A stretch of 64,000 bases of DNA, taken from the NCBI GenBank assembly GCA_964016885.1, contig OZ024752.1, positions 14,198,001-14,262,000 of the forward strand, written 5' to 3'. Source of the stretch: Eledone cirrhosa (lineage: Eukaryota). Shown here in pieces: positions 30,957 to 43,859 of this stretch; the stretch's first letter is position 1, and every line of letters starts with the position of its first letter. The position numbers were made by a program, and so were the translations under genes. Under the pieces are notes generated by a model, which did not search any database, was not told the origin of the DNA, and was given only the letters and a program-made list of their open reading frames with translations.

Positions 30957-31399
30957 AATAATAATAATAATAATATTAGTAAACGAAAGACAGTTGCTTT
31001 AGACCAACCCAATTTATTTTATTATACGTATTTATGTTAAGGTATCAATACATTATTAATATATAGGATGATCATGTTTCTCAATAAAAAGCCTCAATGG
31101 ACTATGGTTCACAGGATCAATAATTCAAATTCAAAAGATATATGTAGAGAGAGAGAAAGAGTCATATATTTTTTGAGAAACACATAGTGTTTTGTACAGA
31201 TAAATAACGCAAATAATATTCACGAAAAAATACATATTTAAGTTGGAAATAAAATCTTCTCTTCCTCGCCTCCGATTATATATTTTCTTCTGAATACTAT
31301 TTTCGTTATATATTTGTACAAAATACTGTGTTACTTAAACGATATTTGATTGTTTGTCTCTCTGTAAATATATCTTTTGATTTTAGAGAGGGTGAGGAA

Positions 31400-32784
31400 A
31401 AAACTTAGCAAATTCTTCATAGCGAGGGAATCTCATTCAAACGTCCATTAAATAGTAGAAGCAACATTGCCTGCGATAGCTTAGGCCTAAATAGTGACAC
31501 TCTAGTTAACAGCAGGCGTGATACGAGGGAGGATTTATATAGACTTCATGTTGTATTGCCGCTTAGTCCCAATGCTGTTGGTACCAATAGAAACAACTAC
31601 CCAGGTACAAACACGGGGTCTGAGCAACGTAACGCCAGCGGAAACTCTAATGGTAACCTTAATTGTGGAACCGATAAAACTACCGTTGAACGCAGTATGG
31701 AACGAGGGTTGAGTAAGGGGAATAGGGACAGGTGTAGCAGACGCATAGTGGATACAACCCCGGCTATCGAGGGTGGTCACAATGGCCGCACGGGGGGTAC
31801 ACCGCCCTGGAGACTTGGGACGATCCCGAACACAATCGTGACACCCCAAGACACCATCGACCCACAGGCAATTTCCAGTTACAATAGACCAGTAACTACT
31901 AGGGAGACAGGTAATTCTAATATAGTTAGTAAGAACAAGAGGCATCGGACCAGAAACACCTGTGGTATAATCCCCCTTACTCCACTGGCCTGACCACTGG
32001 TATAGCTAAGCTTTTCTTTAGGGCCTTAGACAAATGCTTCCCTAGATCGCACAGATATTATAAAATATTCAATAGAAATACCATCAAGCTGTCCTACTCC
32101 ACAACTAGTAACATAGCTCAGAATATAGCTAAGATGAATTATAGTAGACTTAGGACAGCAGGATATAGCTAACAGAATTATAGTAGACTTAGGCATGGCA
32201 GGAACAATGGCAGCTCTATTGAGGAACTGACTCATACACGTGAGGCGAGTCGGGTGTCCCCAACCCCAGGGAATTTACCCATAGAGCAGACAGGAACTGA
32301 GACCCGACCCCAAAGGTACCGTGGTCCATCTGGAACTACCCAGGTCGATAGCAAAAAATGTAACTGCAGAAGCACCGCCACCTGCCCCATGGCTGGGAAA
32401 TGCCTTACCAAACACATAGTGTACGACTGTAAGGTCTCCGCTCCTGATAGAACCTTTAGGTTTGTTGGGGCAACTGCCACGGAATTTAAGGATACATGGT
32501 ATAATCGCCGCCATACCTTTAATAGATTAGATAAAAAAGATAGCACGGCACTTTCTGAATTAGTCTGGAAGCTTAAACATCAGAATATAGAGCACTCCTT
32601 ATCCTGGTCCATAGTTTGCTCAGCCCAACCTTATAACGGCAGCACTGGCGTCTGCAATTTATGTATAGTTGAAACTTTATATATTATTAGAGGCGGCCCC
32701 CTATTAATTAATAGGAGAGCAGATTTGTTCAGCAACTGCCAACATAGAACCTCGAAAACCTTCCGCAGGATTTTTGGAAGGTAA
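31400..32784 (+). pseudogene. 5'-truncated Naiad-type PLE: linker plus GIY-YIG endonuclease
   Basis: Frameshifted WYNPPYS...KCFP...KIFNRNTIKLSYS at about 31960-32110. ORF 32254-32784 has CNC-x5-CP-x-x-GKC, IVY..FVG (GIY-YIG), STALSELVW, CNLC..E. A long 3' UTR probably runs to about 34360. Confidence 0.88.
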
Positions 32785-33681
32785 CCTACCACTAACCTAT
32801 CCCTCTCTACTTTAGCCATATAATTCCCTCAATAAGCAGACAGTCACACACTCAGGTAGTTAGACGGCTAAGATTGCTTTCACACTTACAAACGATACTC
32901 GGCCTGTTTCCACGGAGTTCTCACAGCTAGTTAGTAATTGATTGCACACCTAGTTAGTAATTGATTGCACACTCATACATGATCGATTACGCGCACCTAC
33001 CTTTACTTTAAGATACCCTAACCATGGAGTTCTGTCAGTTGGGATATAGCTAGTCGTATTACACACTTAGCTAGGACCGATTACGCAATCTATACATAAC
33101 TCTACACACAGTACCCCTTTCCTTTAGACATTGAGCTCCCACAATTACGACTGTCACGTTCCTACCGACTGAACACTACACTAGGTTTTGATCCGTGATC
33201 ATCTAGCCATGGAGGACTCACTGTTATTACGGATTGAACAATAATACTTACACACCATTAATGGGCCTACACACATCCTTTGGATTTTACTATCCTGTGT
33301 TTTTTTTACCTCACCTTCTGTGCTGGATAACACACCTCCACCACTCAAACAACTATCTTAAAAGCTCATTCGCCCATATGACGGGAAATCGCAATTACGG
33401 ACGCATTTACCCAATACCCAACCCTACACGGAGCCCTTTGCTGGCCTACATTGCGGTTGCTTGCACGCACGGATTTGGTGACTTGGATTCTCAATGGGAC
33501 AGCGGTACATATAGAGGTCGATATGAGCTGATGCTTGCTCTTCACATGGATGTGTATATACCCGGACATACCCTTTTTTGGATTATTCGGATGTGTATAT
33601 ACCATAACATACACTTGAAGATATGGATATTACAATTCAATGTATACACGTATAGCAGAACACTGAACTGAACTTACTTGC

Positions 33682-33724
<43 letters not shown>

Positions 33725-34490
33725 TGTGTGTGTATGGGGCGTTGGTTAACCCAATATTTCCAATTTACATTGTCAAATTGAGATTGACCAATATAGCTTC
33801 TGTTGTTTTGTGAACTAACTTTCGGTGAGTGCTGTGTTGGTAGATTCTTATATTTGTTTTCTTATATTTGTTTTTTCTCGGACATCGCTTCGTTGTGTGT
33901 GAGAGTGTGTGTGTACCCACCCACACTAACTCTACAGGTTTAATACTGTGTTGACGTGTGTATATATATGTATATCTTTTTCTTTGACCTCGAGCCGGTG
34001 TATGTGGGTGTGGAATGTATGTGTACCCACTCACATTAACTGTGACTGACTGTATTCCTACAGACTTGATTGAAGTCCAGCGTCTTTTGCAGCGATAGAA
34101 ATCTGACAACTTTTATTACCTCAACTGAAGTTAAAAGCAATCGCCGTGTCTCTGACTGGTATGTCTTCATATGAGGGAATGAATTCTGTGAGAGAACATC
34201 GTTCTTTTTTTCTCCCTCATATCAAAAATTTGAAGACAATTCATTTTCATCTGATGGGATCAGTGATAATCGATCATGGATTCACAATCGATCTATCTCC
34301 TAATGAAACATGTGTCGTGATTAAATGATTGGAATTTTACCTTGCCTTCGGATTTTCATTTTGATACTTTACATCATCTAGCTGTTCCCTTGAATGGAAT
34401 TGGAGATATACAAAAGCGTGGAGAACTTAATATTGCTAACATAAAGTTATTGGACCATTTTACACAACCAATAATGCGCCTTACTATATA

Positions 34491-34540
<50 letters not shown>

Positions 34541-34774
34541 TAGAAAGTGCATCCAGCTGCAGAAATCAACCCACAATCGGTTCTGTACGAGCTAGGTATG
34601 GTCAACTGACCTGGCATTGCTCACAACAGGATAACTGGTTCAACCCATGCCAGAGTGTGAAATGGACGTTAAACATGATGATATATACACTTTATTATGG
34701 TTATGTGATTAAAGTTGTAGCTCTTGTAGTTGTTTACTCACAAGATCAGAAAGATGTCTAAATGTTCAGTGTCT

Positions 34775-34950
34775 GATAGGTAGAGGGTCGGACGTCATGC
34801 TTTGTAGAATAGAGTTACGCCCCTATATGGTCTGAGCTCACCTCCGGCCAAGGTTAACTCTGCCTTTCATCCTTACGGGGTTTGATAAAATAAAGTACCA
34901 GTAATACACTGGGATAATTGCTGGCCTTGTGCCACGCGTAGAAACAATTA
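34775..34950 (+). mobile_element. tRNA-derived SINE
   Basis: ggtagagggtcggacg...ggccttgtgccacgcgtagaaacaatta. Confidence 0.85.
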
Positions 34951-35094
34951 TGTATATAGGGGAGTTTTTTTTAATGTAATGAGTACTTGAGGAGCCTGGC
35001 TTCTCGGGGCTATTATGCAGTAATAGAGATGATAAAGGGAGGAAAAAGAAGGAAGATAAAGTAAATATAAAGAAGACGAGAACAAGGGTTTGGA

Positions 35095-35150
<56 letters not shown>

Positions 35151-35375
35151 AGAGGGGCAAATAATAGTGCAATCTAATATATAGGTGTGAGTGCTACCAA
35201 ACAACACTACCAGATATAGACAGCTGAAAATGCTTCAAGTGATAATGGTAAACTGGATGGTGATATATAGTTGATTGGATTTTGAACATGCGACAAGTTT
35301 TGATGTTTCATTCAATATTATAAGAAGACAGCTCCGCTTAATGTATAGCTGAGTGTGTGTCTGTGAAGCATGTAC

Positions 35376-36140
35376 ATATACACCAGGTCTCAACACAAAG
35401 GAACCAAACTCCCAACGTCACTGGCTCCGATTCTCCCACTCTCCCCATCTCTCTTATACACCAGCCCTCAACACAAAGGAACCGAACTCCCACTGTCACT
35501 GCCTCCGATTGTCCCACTCTCCCCATCTCTCTTATACACCAGCCCTCAACACAAAGGAACCAAACTCCCACTGCCACTGCCTCGGATTCTCCCACTCTCC
35601 CCGTCTCTCTTATACACCAGGTCTCAACACAAAGGAACCAAACTCCCACTACCACTGCGCCTCTCTCTTCCACTCTCCCCATCTCTCTTATACACCAGGT
35701 CTCAACACAAAGGAACCAATCTCCCACTCCCACTGCGTCTCTCCCTCCCACTCTCCCCATCTCTCTTATACACCAGGTCTCAACACAAAGGAACCAAACT
35801 CCCACTACCACTGCGCCTCTCCCTCCCACTCTCCCCATCTCTCTTATACAACAGGTCTCAACACAAAGGAACAAACTCCCACTACCACTGCGTCTCTCCC
35901 TCCCACTCTCCCCATCTCTCTTATACAACAGGTCTCAACACAAAGGAACCAAACTCCCACTACCACTGCGTCTCTCCCTCCCACTCTCCCCATCTCTTTT
36001 ATACAATATGTCTCAACACAAAGGAACCAAACTCCCACTACCACTGGGTCTCTCCCTCCCACTATCCCCATCTCTCTTATACAACAGGTCTCAACACAAA
36101 GGAACCAATCCCCCACTGTCACTGCCTCCGATTCTCCCTC
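35376..36140. repeat. 78-bp minisatellite, about 10 copies
   Basis: Unit caggtctcaacacaaaggaaccaaactcccac...ctctccccatctctcttataca; 26-aa periodicity in the ORF track. Confidence 0.95.
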
Positions 36141-36279
36141 TCTCTCCGTCTCTCACAATTTTGAGCAAATGGAGGGTCCACTCACTGGCCAGACTGCGGC
36201 CCCGGTGGAGAGGATAGAGAAGATGTTCCCGGGAGACATGCTGGAAGAACCATTCCAACTGATGAGGCTAATGGTGATG

Positions 36280-37142
36280 ACGGTGATGATGATGATGGTA
36301 CTGAATAGGTACATAACATGGATGAGTAGATGTCAATTAATAGAAGATTGTTAAAGAAAACTATGGTGGATTGAAGATGATTATGATGAGTTTGCATACG
36401 GTGGTGATGATGATGATTATATGATGATAAATAGATGATAATGATGATGATGTTCAATAGATGATGATGATGATGATAGACGAAAATTGATGATAAATGA
36501 TTAGGTGACGGTGATGAATATATGATGATGGTGATGAATATATGATGATGATGATGATGATTAGGTGATGGTGATGATGATGATGGTGATGATGATAGAG
36601 ATGATGGTAATGGTGATGATGGTGATGATGATAAAGATGATGGTGATGATGATGATAAAGATGATGGTGATGGTGATGATGATTAGGTGATGATGTTGAT
36701 GATGGTGGTGATGGTGATGTTGATGATGATAATGGTGATGTTGATGATGATGGTGGTGATGGTGATGTTGATGGTGATGATGGTGATGATGATGATGTTG
36801 ATGATGATGGTGATGGTGATGATGATGATGATGATTAGGTGATGATGTTGATGATGGTGGTGATGGTGGGTGATGTTGATGATGTTGATGGTGATCTTGA
36901 TGATGATGATGATGGTGGTCATGGTGATGTTGATGGTGATGGTGATTTTGATGACGATGGTGGTGATGATGATGGTGATGTTGATGATGATGGTGATGGT
37001 GATGATGATGATGATTAGGTGACGACGTTGATGATGAATAACTGATGATGAAGACCATTAGGTGAGCATGATGATGATGATTACGTGATGATGATAATAG
37101 TTTATGATGATGATTAAATGATTAGGTGATAATGATGATGAT
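36280..37142. repeat. (GAT/GGT)n degenerate trinucleotide tract
   Basis: Directly visible; produces the poly-His ORF. Confidence 0.95.
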
Positions 37143-37761
37143 AAATAGTATATAAGTAGATGTTAATAATAAATAGAAGATAGTAAAGAAAATAAATAAA
37201 ATTAAATTGATGAAGTAAAATAAATTAAGTGGACAAGTATTAGAAATGTCAAGTAGTAGAAACGAATAAAAATAAAAATAAATATGAACAAATATAATAA
37301 ATAGAAAATGATGATATATTGACTGGTGATTAACTGAAATATATCTAATGACTTGCTGTCTTATAATTGTTGTACTTATAAAGTTGATAATGATGATGAT
37401 GGTAAGAAAACTGTGAAGGTGTTGTATAAGATGAAGATCATAAGATGTGTTGACATCAGTTAATATATTAACCCGTTAGCACACTTCTAGTAAATATGAT
37501 GATACGAAACAGTGAACAGTAAGAATATACCAATAGTATGGAATTTTTCTACTTTCATATACAGCCAGATCTTCCCTTCTTTACCCACCCCCTTGTTTTT
37601 CATTCACCTAATTTTGTTATCTTTTTTTAATATTTCCATCATTGTAGGTCTGTTTGTAAAATATAGATGACATAATAAAACCATAGCTAAAAAAGAAATA
37701 TTATTTATATTAAAAAGGGTCACATTAAAACCTAAAAACAAAAACAAAGAAAAGCAAAAAA

Positions 37762-38005
37762 TTGTTGTTTCTGCTTTTGGCACGAGGCCAGCAATTATAC
37801 CAGTGTATTACTGGTACTTTATTTTATCGACCCCGTAAGGATGAAAGGCAAAGTTAACCTCGGCGAGATTTGAACTCAGACCATAAAGGGCTGTAACTCG
37901 TTGCTGCAAAGCATCGCGTCCGACCCTCTACTGATACTGATAATAATAAAAATTGGTTCTACGTTAGGCACAAGGCCAGCAATTACCCAGTGTATTACTG
38001 CTATT
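37762..38005 (-). mobile_element. tRNA-derived SINE plus partial SINE 3' end
   Basis: Family sequence at 37762-37938; tail-only piece at 37950-38005. Confidence 0.8.
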
Positions 38006-38008
38006 TTA

Positions 38009-41000
38009 TAATAATAATAATAATAATTGTTTCTTTATTGGCCACAAGGGCTAATATGAAGAAAAACATTACAGCCGGCACAGAACGGTACAGGACGATA
38101 CAAAGTGGGTTGTAGTCGTGTAAAAAGGTTATAACAACAACATAGAAATGTGTAAAAACAAATAAAAAAATTCAAACAAGAAAATTTCCCCAAAGGGTGG
38201 AAATCTCCAAGGGTCCCTCGTAGTGAAAACCACACAAAAGACCACAGGCGCCCTGACCACCAGGGAAAGGGCCCTCTCTCAGTTATCTCACTCCTCAGTT
38301 TACAGGCGCATACTCAGAGCGGGCCCGTTCACTCGGACCAGACTCGCCACTTTTAACCACCCTTCAACAAACTTACTAGAAGACAGCACTTGCCTCTCAA
38401 CCCTCATTATCCTCTTCCAGTGAAATTTGAAAAAAGTTAATCAGGGATTCGCGGAAGAGGAAAGTGTCCGTCTTCAATCCTTTCAACCTTGTCCACTACA
38501 CAATCTCTTTCGCCATGGCCACCAGGTAGATGAAAACTGCCCCTGCCCTTCCTCCTCCTTAAAGGAAGATGGTGGGGCTATCTGCATCTGCACAATGGAC
38601 TCAGTCAATAATCGGATACGTCCTACACGTGACAGCAATTGTTCGACATAGCCCTACAAGTCAGGAATGCTCAGGAACTGAATGAGTGCTTGCACGATGG
38701 TTTCGACGCCCAGGGTCTATCCGAGAATATCGTCGCTCTTCCCCTCCACTAATCCTCTATAGAACGCCGAGGTGGATGTTCCACCGATACTAGTGCCCAG
38801 TGGGTAGAAGGCAGTGAGCGCTTGGAGACATTCCAGCTTCTAAACGCTATCCTTCGGTCTTTTCCTAATCCAGGACTGCAACTCCATCAATGAGACGAGC
38901 TGGGGAAAAACGCGTCTGGCAAACTGCAATTACATATGTTCACTATCAAGGAAGCGTCAGAGATGTCACAGCCTCAGCGCATGTTTGCACATCATCAACC
39001 ACAGCATGTCCTGCCTGTCCTCCTCCACGCAACGGGTACTAACAGAAGATGGATTGTTTGACCATGGGGGATCGTAACTTCCACTAAAAGCGGAGGAGAA
39101 GGCCCTCCATTTTGGTCACAGTTGGGTCGGGGAAAGGCGGGAGGGTCAGGCGGCTGCAGATGACGAATGCGATAAACGCATTTGCCATCTCCGCCCGACC
39201 TTTCAGGGGCAGCTTACTCTCGGCCTATTTCTGGATGAGAGAGACAACCCTGCTCGTCACCTCACTCCAGTTTTTCTCCATCTGGATGTCCGGATCGAAA
39301 CAGAGCCCGAGTAATTTAACCGGTCCTTCCGTCCAGCGCCCCACAACGCTGTCGGACCACATTGACTTGCCTCTCGAGGTGTTGAGCTGCTAGCCCACCG
39401 ACTTTTCGTGATTTATCTTTTCTTCTGTTACCGCTTCGTATTCCTTGAGAGCGGTGCTGAGCACCTCGACGTGCCTGGTGCTGAACACCACCACCGTGAC
39501 TTCGTCGGCGTAAGCCGATACGAATCTCCCCCATCCCAGTTCACGTGGGACGCCTTTTATCACCTCCAATTGGTGCAATAACTGCCCGAGCGCAAATACG
39601 TACACGAGAGACAAGAGGGGTTAACCCTGGTAGATCGAGCGCATTATACGGAACCGCCGTGACAGATAACCGTTCACCCTCACAACTTAGTAGATGTTGC
39701 TGTGCATCGCAGCCGGTCGCCTCAGGTACCGCCGCCATGTACCGATAATCGACCCTATCAAATGCTTTAGATTGATCAAGTTGATCAGGGCCCCACCCGT
39801 GCCAGGTTCCTTAACGTCCCTATGATGTATCGCATGACGTGAAGTTTGTAGTGTATGGATATATCTTGAATTGCGCATGTCTGTGCCTCACTCACCAGAT
39901 CACGACGACAAGCACCAATCTCGTTGCTAACACCTTGGCCAAGATCTTGAATTCTGCATTTAGCAGAAGTGGTCTATAAGGTCCATCTTGTTCGGGACTT
40001 TCCTCAGCAGCGCCACCGATCCACGGCTCACAAAACTGGGAATGTTCCCATTCTGCTGCCAGTTGCGGTAGATGCCTGCCAAGAGGTCACCGAATATGTC
40101 TGGCATGTAGGCATGAAGCTCGTAGTACAGGCCATCAAATCCTAGCGATTTACAACTCGAGCAGTCAGACATCGCTTCCCGTATTTCACTTGCTGTTATC
40201 GGCTTTTGTGAATACTGCTCCGCGGTTGTCGAGAGCCGCGGCAATGCGTCGAGGTAGCACTGACGTTCATAATCTGATCCCTCCCGCCTCTTCTCCCGAA
40301 CAGTTGAGCAAAGTGCTGCTGAAAAGCCTCACACATCTGCTAGGGTTCGAGTAACATGCGCCTTCTTTGGTCAGGCGAATACCGAATTGTGACTTTGTTG
40401 CCACGTCGCGCCTCCACCACCGGACCCATTGGACGGCTTTCGTCCCCTCTTGTCGCAGAGGACGCGCTCTATCTCTGACAACGCAGCCTTCGTGCTTTGC
40501 GTCGAGGGCCAATCTCGCCGGAAGCATGTCAGTTGCGATTCCTGTCCTTAACACCTTTTCTAGCCTTCTAAGTAGTTCTCCCTCTACTCTGTTACCCTCT
40601 ATCACTATTCCTTTACAAAATCTTATCCATTCTACTCTAATTATTCTTTTCAGGGTGAACAACCACCTGTTGTTGACGATCGCACCCGTCAACGCATGCT
40701 TAACAAATTCGCTTATCCGGTCTCTGTAAACTTTGCACGCCGGGAACGACGTGTTCAGCTTCTGGCAACCGGGTCTTTTCCTAATTAAGTCTAAGTCAAT
40801 TTCACAGATAACAAATTCGTGGTCCGTGTAATCGACTACTTTAAATTGCGGACAGCCTACACTAGCCTTATCTATTTCCCTACAAAATACCCTATCTAGA
40901 TACGATCTGGATGACCCGATGCTGTTTGCCCATATCCACATTGGCACATTAGGATAATCCAGTCGGTACTTGTCGGACAGTTGAAATCATCATTCTCCCC

Positions 41001-42290
41001 TGTCTACTAGCCCCACATAATCCCAGCGTGCATCTAAGATACCGTTCCAATCACCCACTAACACTATACAGCGAGACTTCCAAGAAAGGTCTCTAGACGT
41101 TTGAAGAAATCTGGCCGTCCTGCCCCTGTTGGGGCGTAGATGGCTACTAGCCTAAAAGCATTGCCTTCGCTGCGGGTCACGTCGAGCACCACCGACTTAC
41201 TTTGTGGGTCCAAGAATATGGCCCGTATGACCCAAGCCTCTCTGAAAAAGCACAGCAACTCCGCCCCCCGCTCCCGGGCGGCTGGGAGATGCGTATACAT
41301 CATAGCCGCCGAAAATAGGTGTGAAGTCTCGTGCTTCGGAGATTCTGGTCTCGCTGACGGCCACCACATCTACGTTTAGTGACCCAAGGCCACGTACATT
41401 TATAGTACCTATTCTAAGTAAGACCATGTTGGGTGAGGAACTCAAAGAACAATAATAATAAAGTATATATAAACCCGTTGAGCAAATATTTATTATTAGT
41501 AAAGATTAAAGTTTAAGCAAAGAATTTCTGCTGTCTCCCTTTTACGGGATCTTCAGAAGAGACCGAAATAGGAACTGTAATCCTTTGCATTTCCGGATTT
41601 TGACACTCAGATTTTTGGTGTTTTACACTCCACTTTTATCTCATTTGCTCTTAAAACGCACCACTCGATGATAGTATACGAATTGTAATTCTTTACACTT
41701 CTCGATTCTGACACAGGTTTTCTACTTCAGTTAATATTTTTCAAATCTTTCAAATTTCGATATTGGTTGTAATACACGCATTTTTTATTTTTTTAATTTG
41801 TTTGGCACCCCACACCACGTGAAATGGTGGCAGGATAGATGCCAACCTACACACAAATTCTGCTGAACATAGCAGCAGCACACTGAAGTTGACCTGCCAG
41901 CTGACCCCCTTAACACCACTACCACTACCAACACAATGGAGGAGGTCAGCTGTACTTGAACAAACACAACTTTAACAGATTGTCTTGCCTCAGAAAAAAT
42001 GTCTATAGACTTTTCACTGAGGAATGTTCTCACAACTGACCAATGGGATGCGAGCGTGTCCTATGATGCCGAAATTCGTTTGTTGTAACTCATATGATTC
42101 CAGTTCCTCAGGGAAATAACAAGACAACCAGGAGCTGGACATATCGATGTATTGACGGAGTAAAACACACTTCAACAACATGTGTACCTTGCCTTCCCAC
42201 ACCAATTCGGACTGCCTGAAGAGGTCACAGCCAATGATGGCTCTCACCGAAATATATATAGCAGTATATCTATAATTTATAATAAACGAA
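38009..42290 (-). mobile_element. Decayed Tx1-like (L1 group) LINE: ORF1 remnant, APE endonuclease, RT, 3' AATAAA plus (ATT)n tail
   Basis: ORF2 starts at about 41430 with RIGTINVRGL..VDVVAVSETR..GGGVAVL, FRLVAIYAP, SYLDRVF, DH. RT motifs KSLGFDGLYYE, P..YVFAL, SAYADEVTV, KINHEKS. Many stops and frameshifts. Confidence 0.88.
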
Positions 42291-42440
42291 GCCAAATTTT
42301 ACATATTTGACTTAATTATTTTACATTACTCCGGAGTAAACAAACCAGCCTGTACTTCGTCGAGTGCTCCAATCTGCATACTAGGTGTTGGTAAACAACC
42401 AACGTATACTCAAAATATATATACATATCTATATATGAAC

Positions 42441-42495
<55 letters not shown>

Positions 42496-42496
<1 letters not shown>

Positions 42497-43257
42497 GGGA
42501 TAACAAATTATCGTTATAGGCAATCCACTTAGAGGAGGTAGTCCAGTTAGAGTACTCCGTGTTGTGGATGGTATTAACGTATGGCTTAGTTTGACTCAAC
42601 AAGACGCTTCCATAGTGATGCAGCGAGTTCATGGTAATTTCTATGTAGGTTATACTTGGAGTAATAATAATTCAAGAAATAAGAGTAACATGGTTGTCTG
42701 TAAAATAAGGGCTTTATTCACAGTGCTGACAATTGTTTCTTTGATCTGGTATGTCTAGAGCTCGCTGATCGCTTGATGTTGCGTTAATCGATCTCCAATA
42801 CTTTGTTTATAACCAGTCAATTCACCAGAGCATGTCTTTTATAGAGGAGTGGTATTAGACCAGAACAATAATATCAATAACTAGATACTGAATAGTTAAA
42901 ATAATGACATCAATATAAGTAAGAAATAGAATATAATGATAAAACTAGCATGGTAAACGAACTGATATGATACAGATGTATGAAATTGACATGTGAGAAC
43001 TACTATAGGCTACATTAGATGTAGTATTTAAGGGTTAAAGAGATAACTAATAAAATGTACTTAGAGTCAGATTTTGGAATCTACACTTTAAGTGCAATTA
43101 TGAGGGATCTAGATACAAGTGTGCTGTGGGTCTAAAAGCACACTAGCAATAAACCGGAGATTCATTTATGGTTTGACAGATAAGTATTTTCGTTGTAACA
43201 ACTTAGTGAGTTGATACAACAAAATACTTATCTGATACAACGAAAATACTTATCTTA
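42496..43257 (-). mobile_element. Family D element with long-stem-II HHR motif (42724-42832, minus)
   Basis: Minus strand tgct-CTGGTGA-attgactgg...ccagatcaaa-GAAACAATTGTC-agca (one core mismatch); small hairpin at 43178-43235. Confidence 0.65.
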
Positions 43258-43277
43258 TATATATATATACATATATA

Positions 43278-43750
43278 GTTGTTGGAAATACGACAAATAT
43301 AAATATAAATGTTTATAAGTGATTTAGAGCACTCAACAGTTTCCTGGACTAAATATTTAATGATATTAAATAAATGGAAACTATAGAAATCCTAAAGAAT
43401 TCCATTATTTATCAATTAGTTATAATTTACGGTGCTCAACATTAAAGGAGCTATTTATAAGTAAAAGGGGTATTTAATTTGTTAGAAATCCGACAAATAT
43501 AAATATAAATGATTATAACTGATTTAGACCCTCAACAGATTCCTGGAGTAAATATTCAATGATATTAAATAAATGGAAACTATAGAAATCCTAAAGGTTT
43601 CCATTATATATCAATCAGTTATAATTTAACGTGCTCAACATTAAAGAAGCTATTTATAAGTAGAAGGGGTATTTAATTTCCATTTATAACTGATTGATAA
43701 ATAATGGACCTCTTTAGGATTTCTATAGTTTCCATTTATTTAATATCATA
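43278..43750. repeat. Tandem duplication (about 200 bp) plus inverted tail, related to family E
   Basis: About 43280-43478 repeats at 43480-43679; 43684-43748 is inverted; shares gatattaaataaatggaaacta with 48628-48650. Confidence 0.7.
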
Positions 43751-43756
43751 TCATTG

Positions 43757-43857
<101 letters not shown>

Positions 43858-43859
43858 CT

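Noticed and set aside
36561-37058. Poly-His protein
   Set aside because: Reverse translation of a (GAT)n microsatellite.
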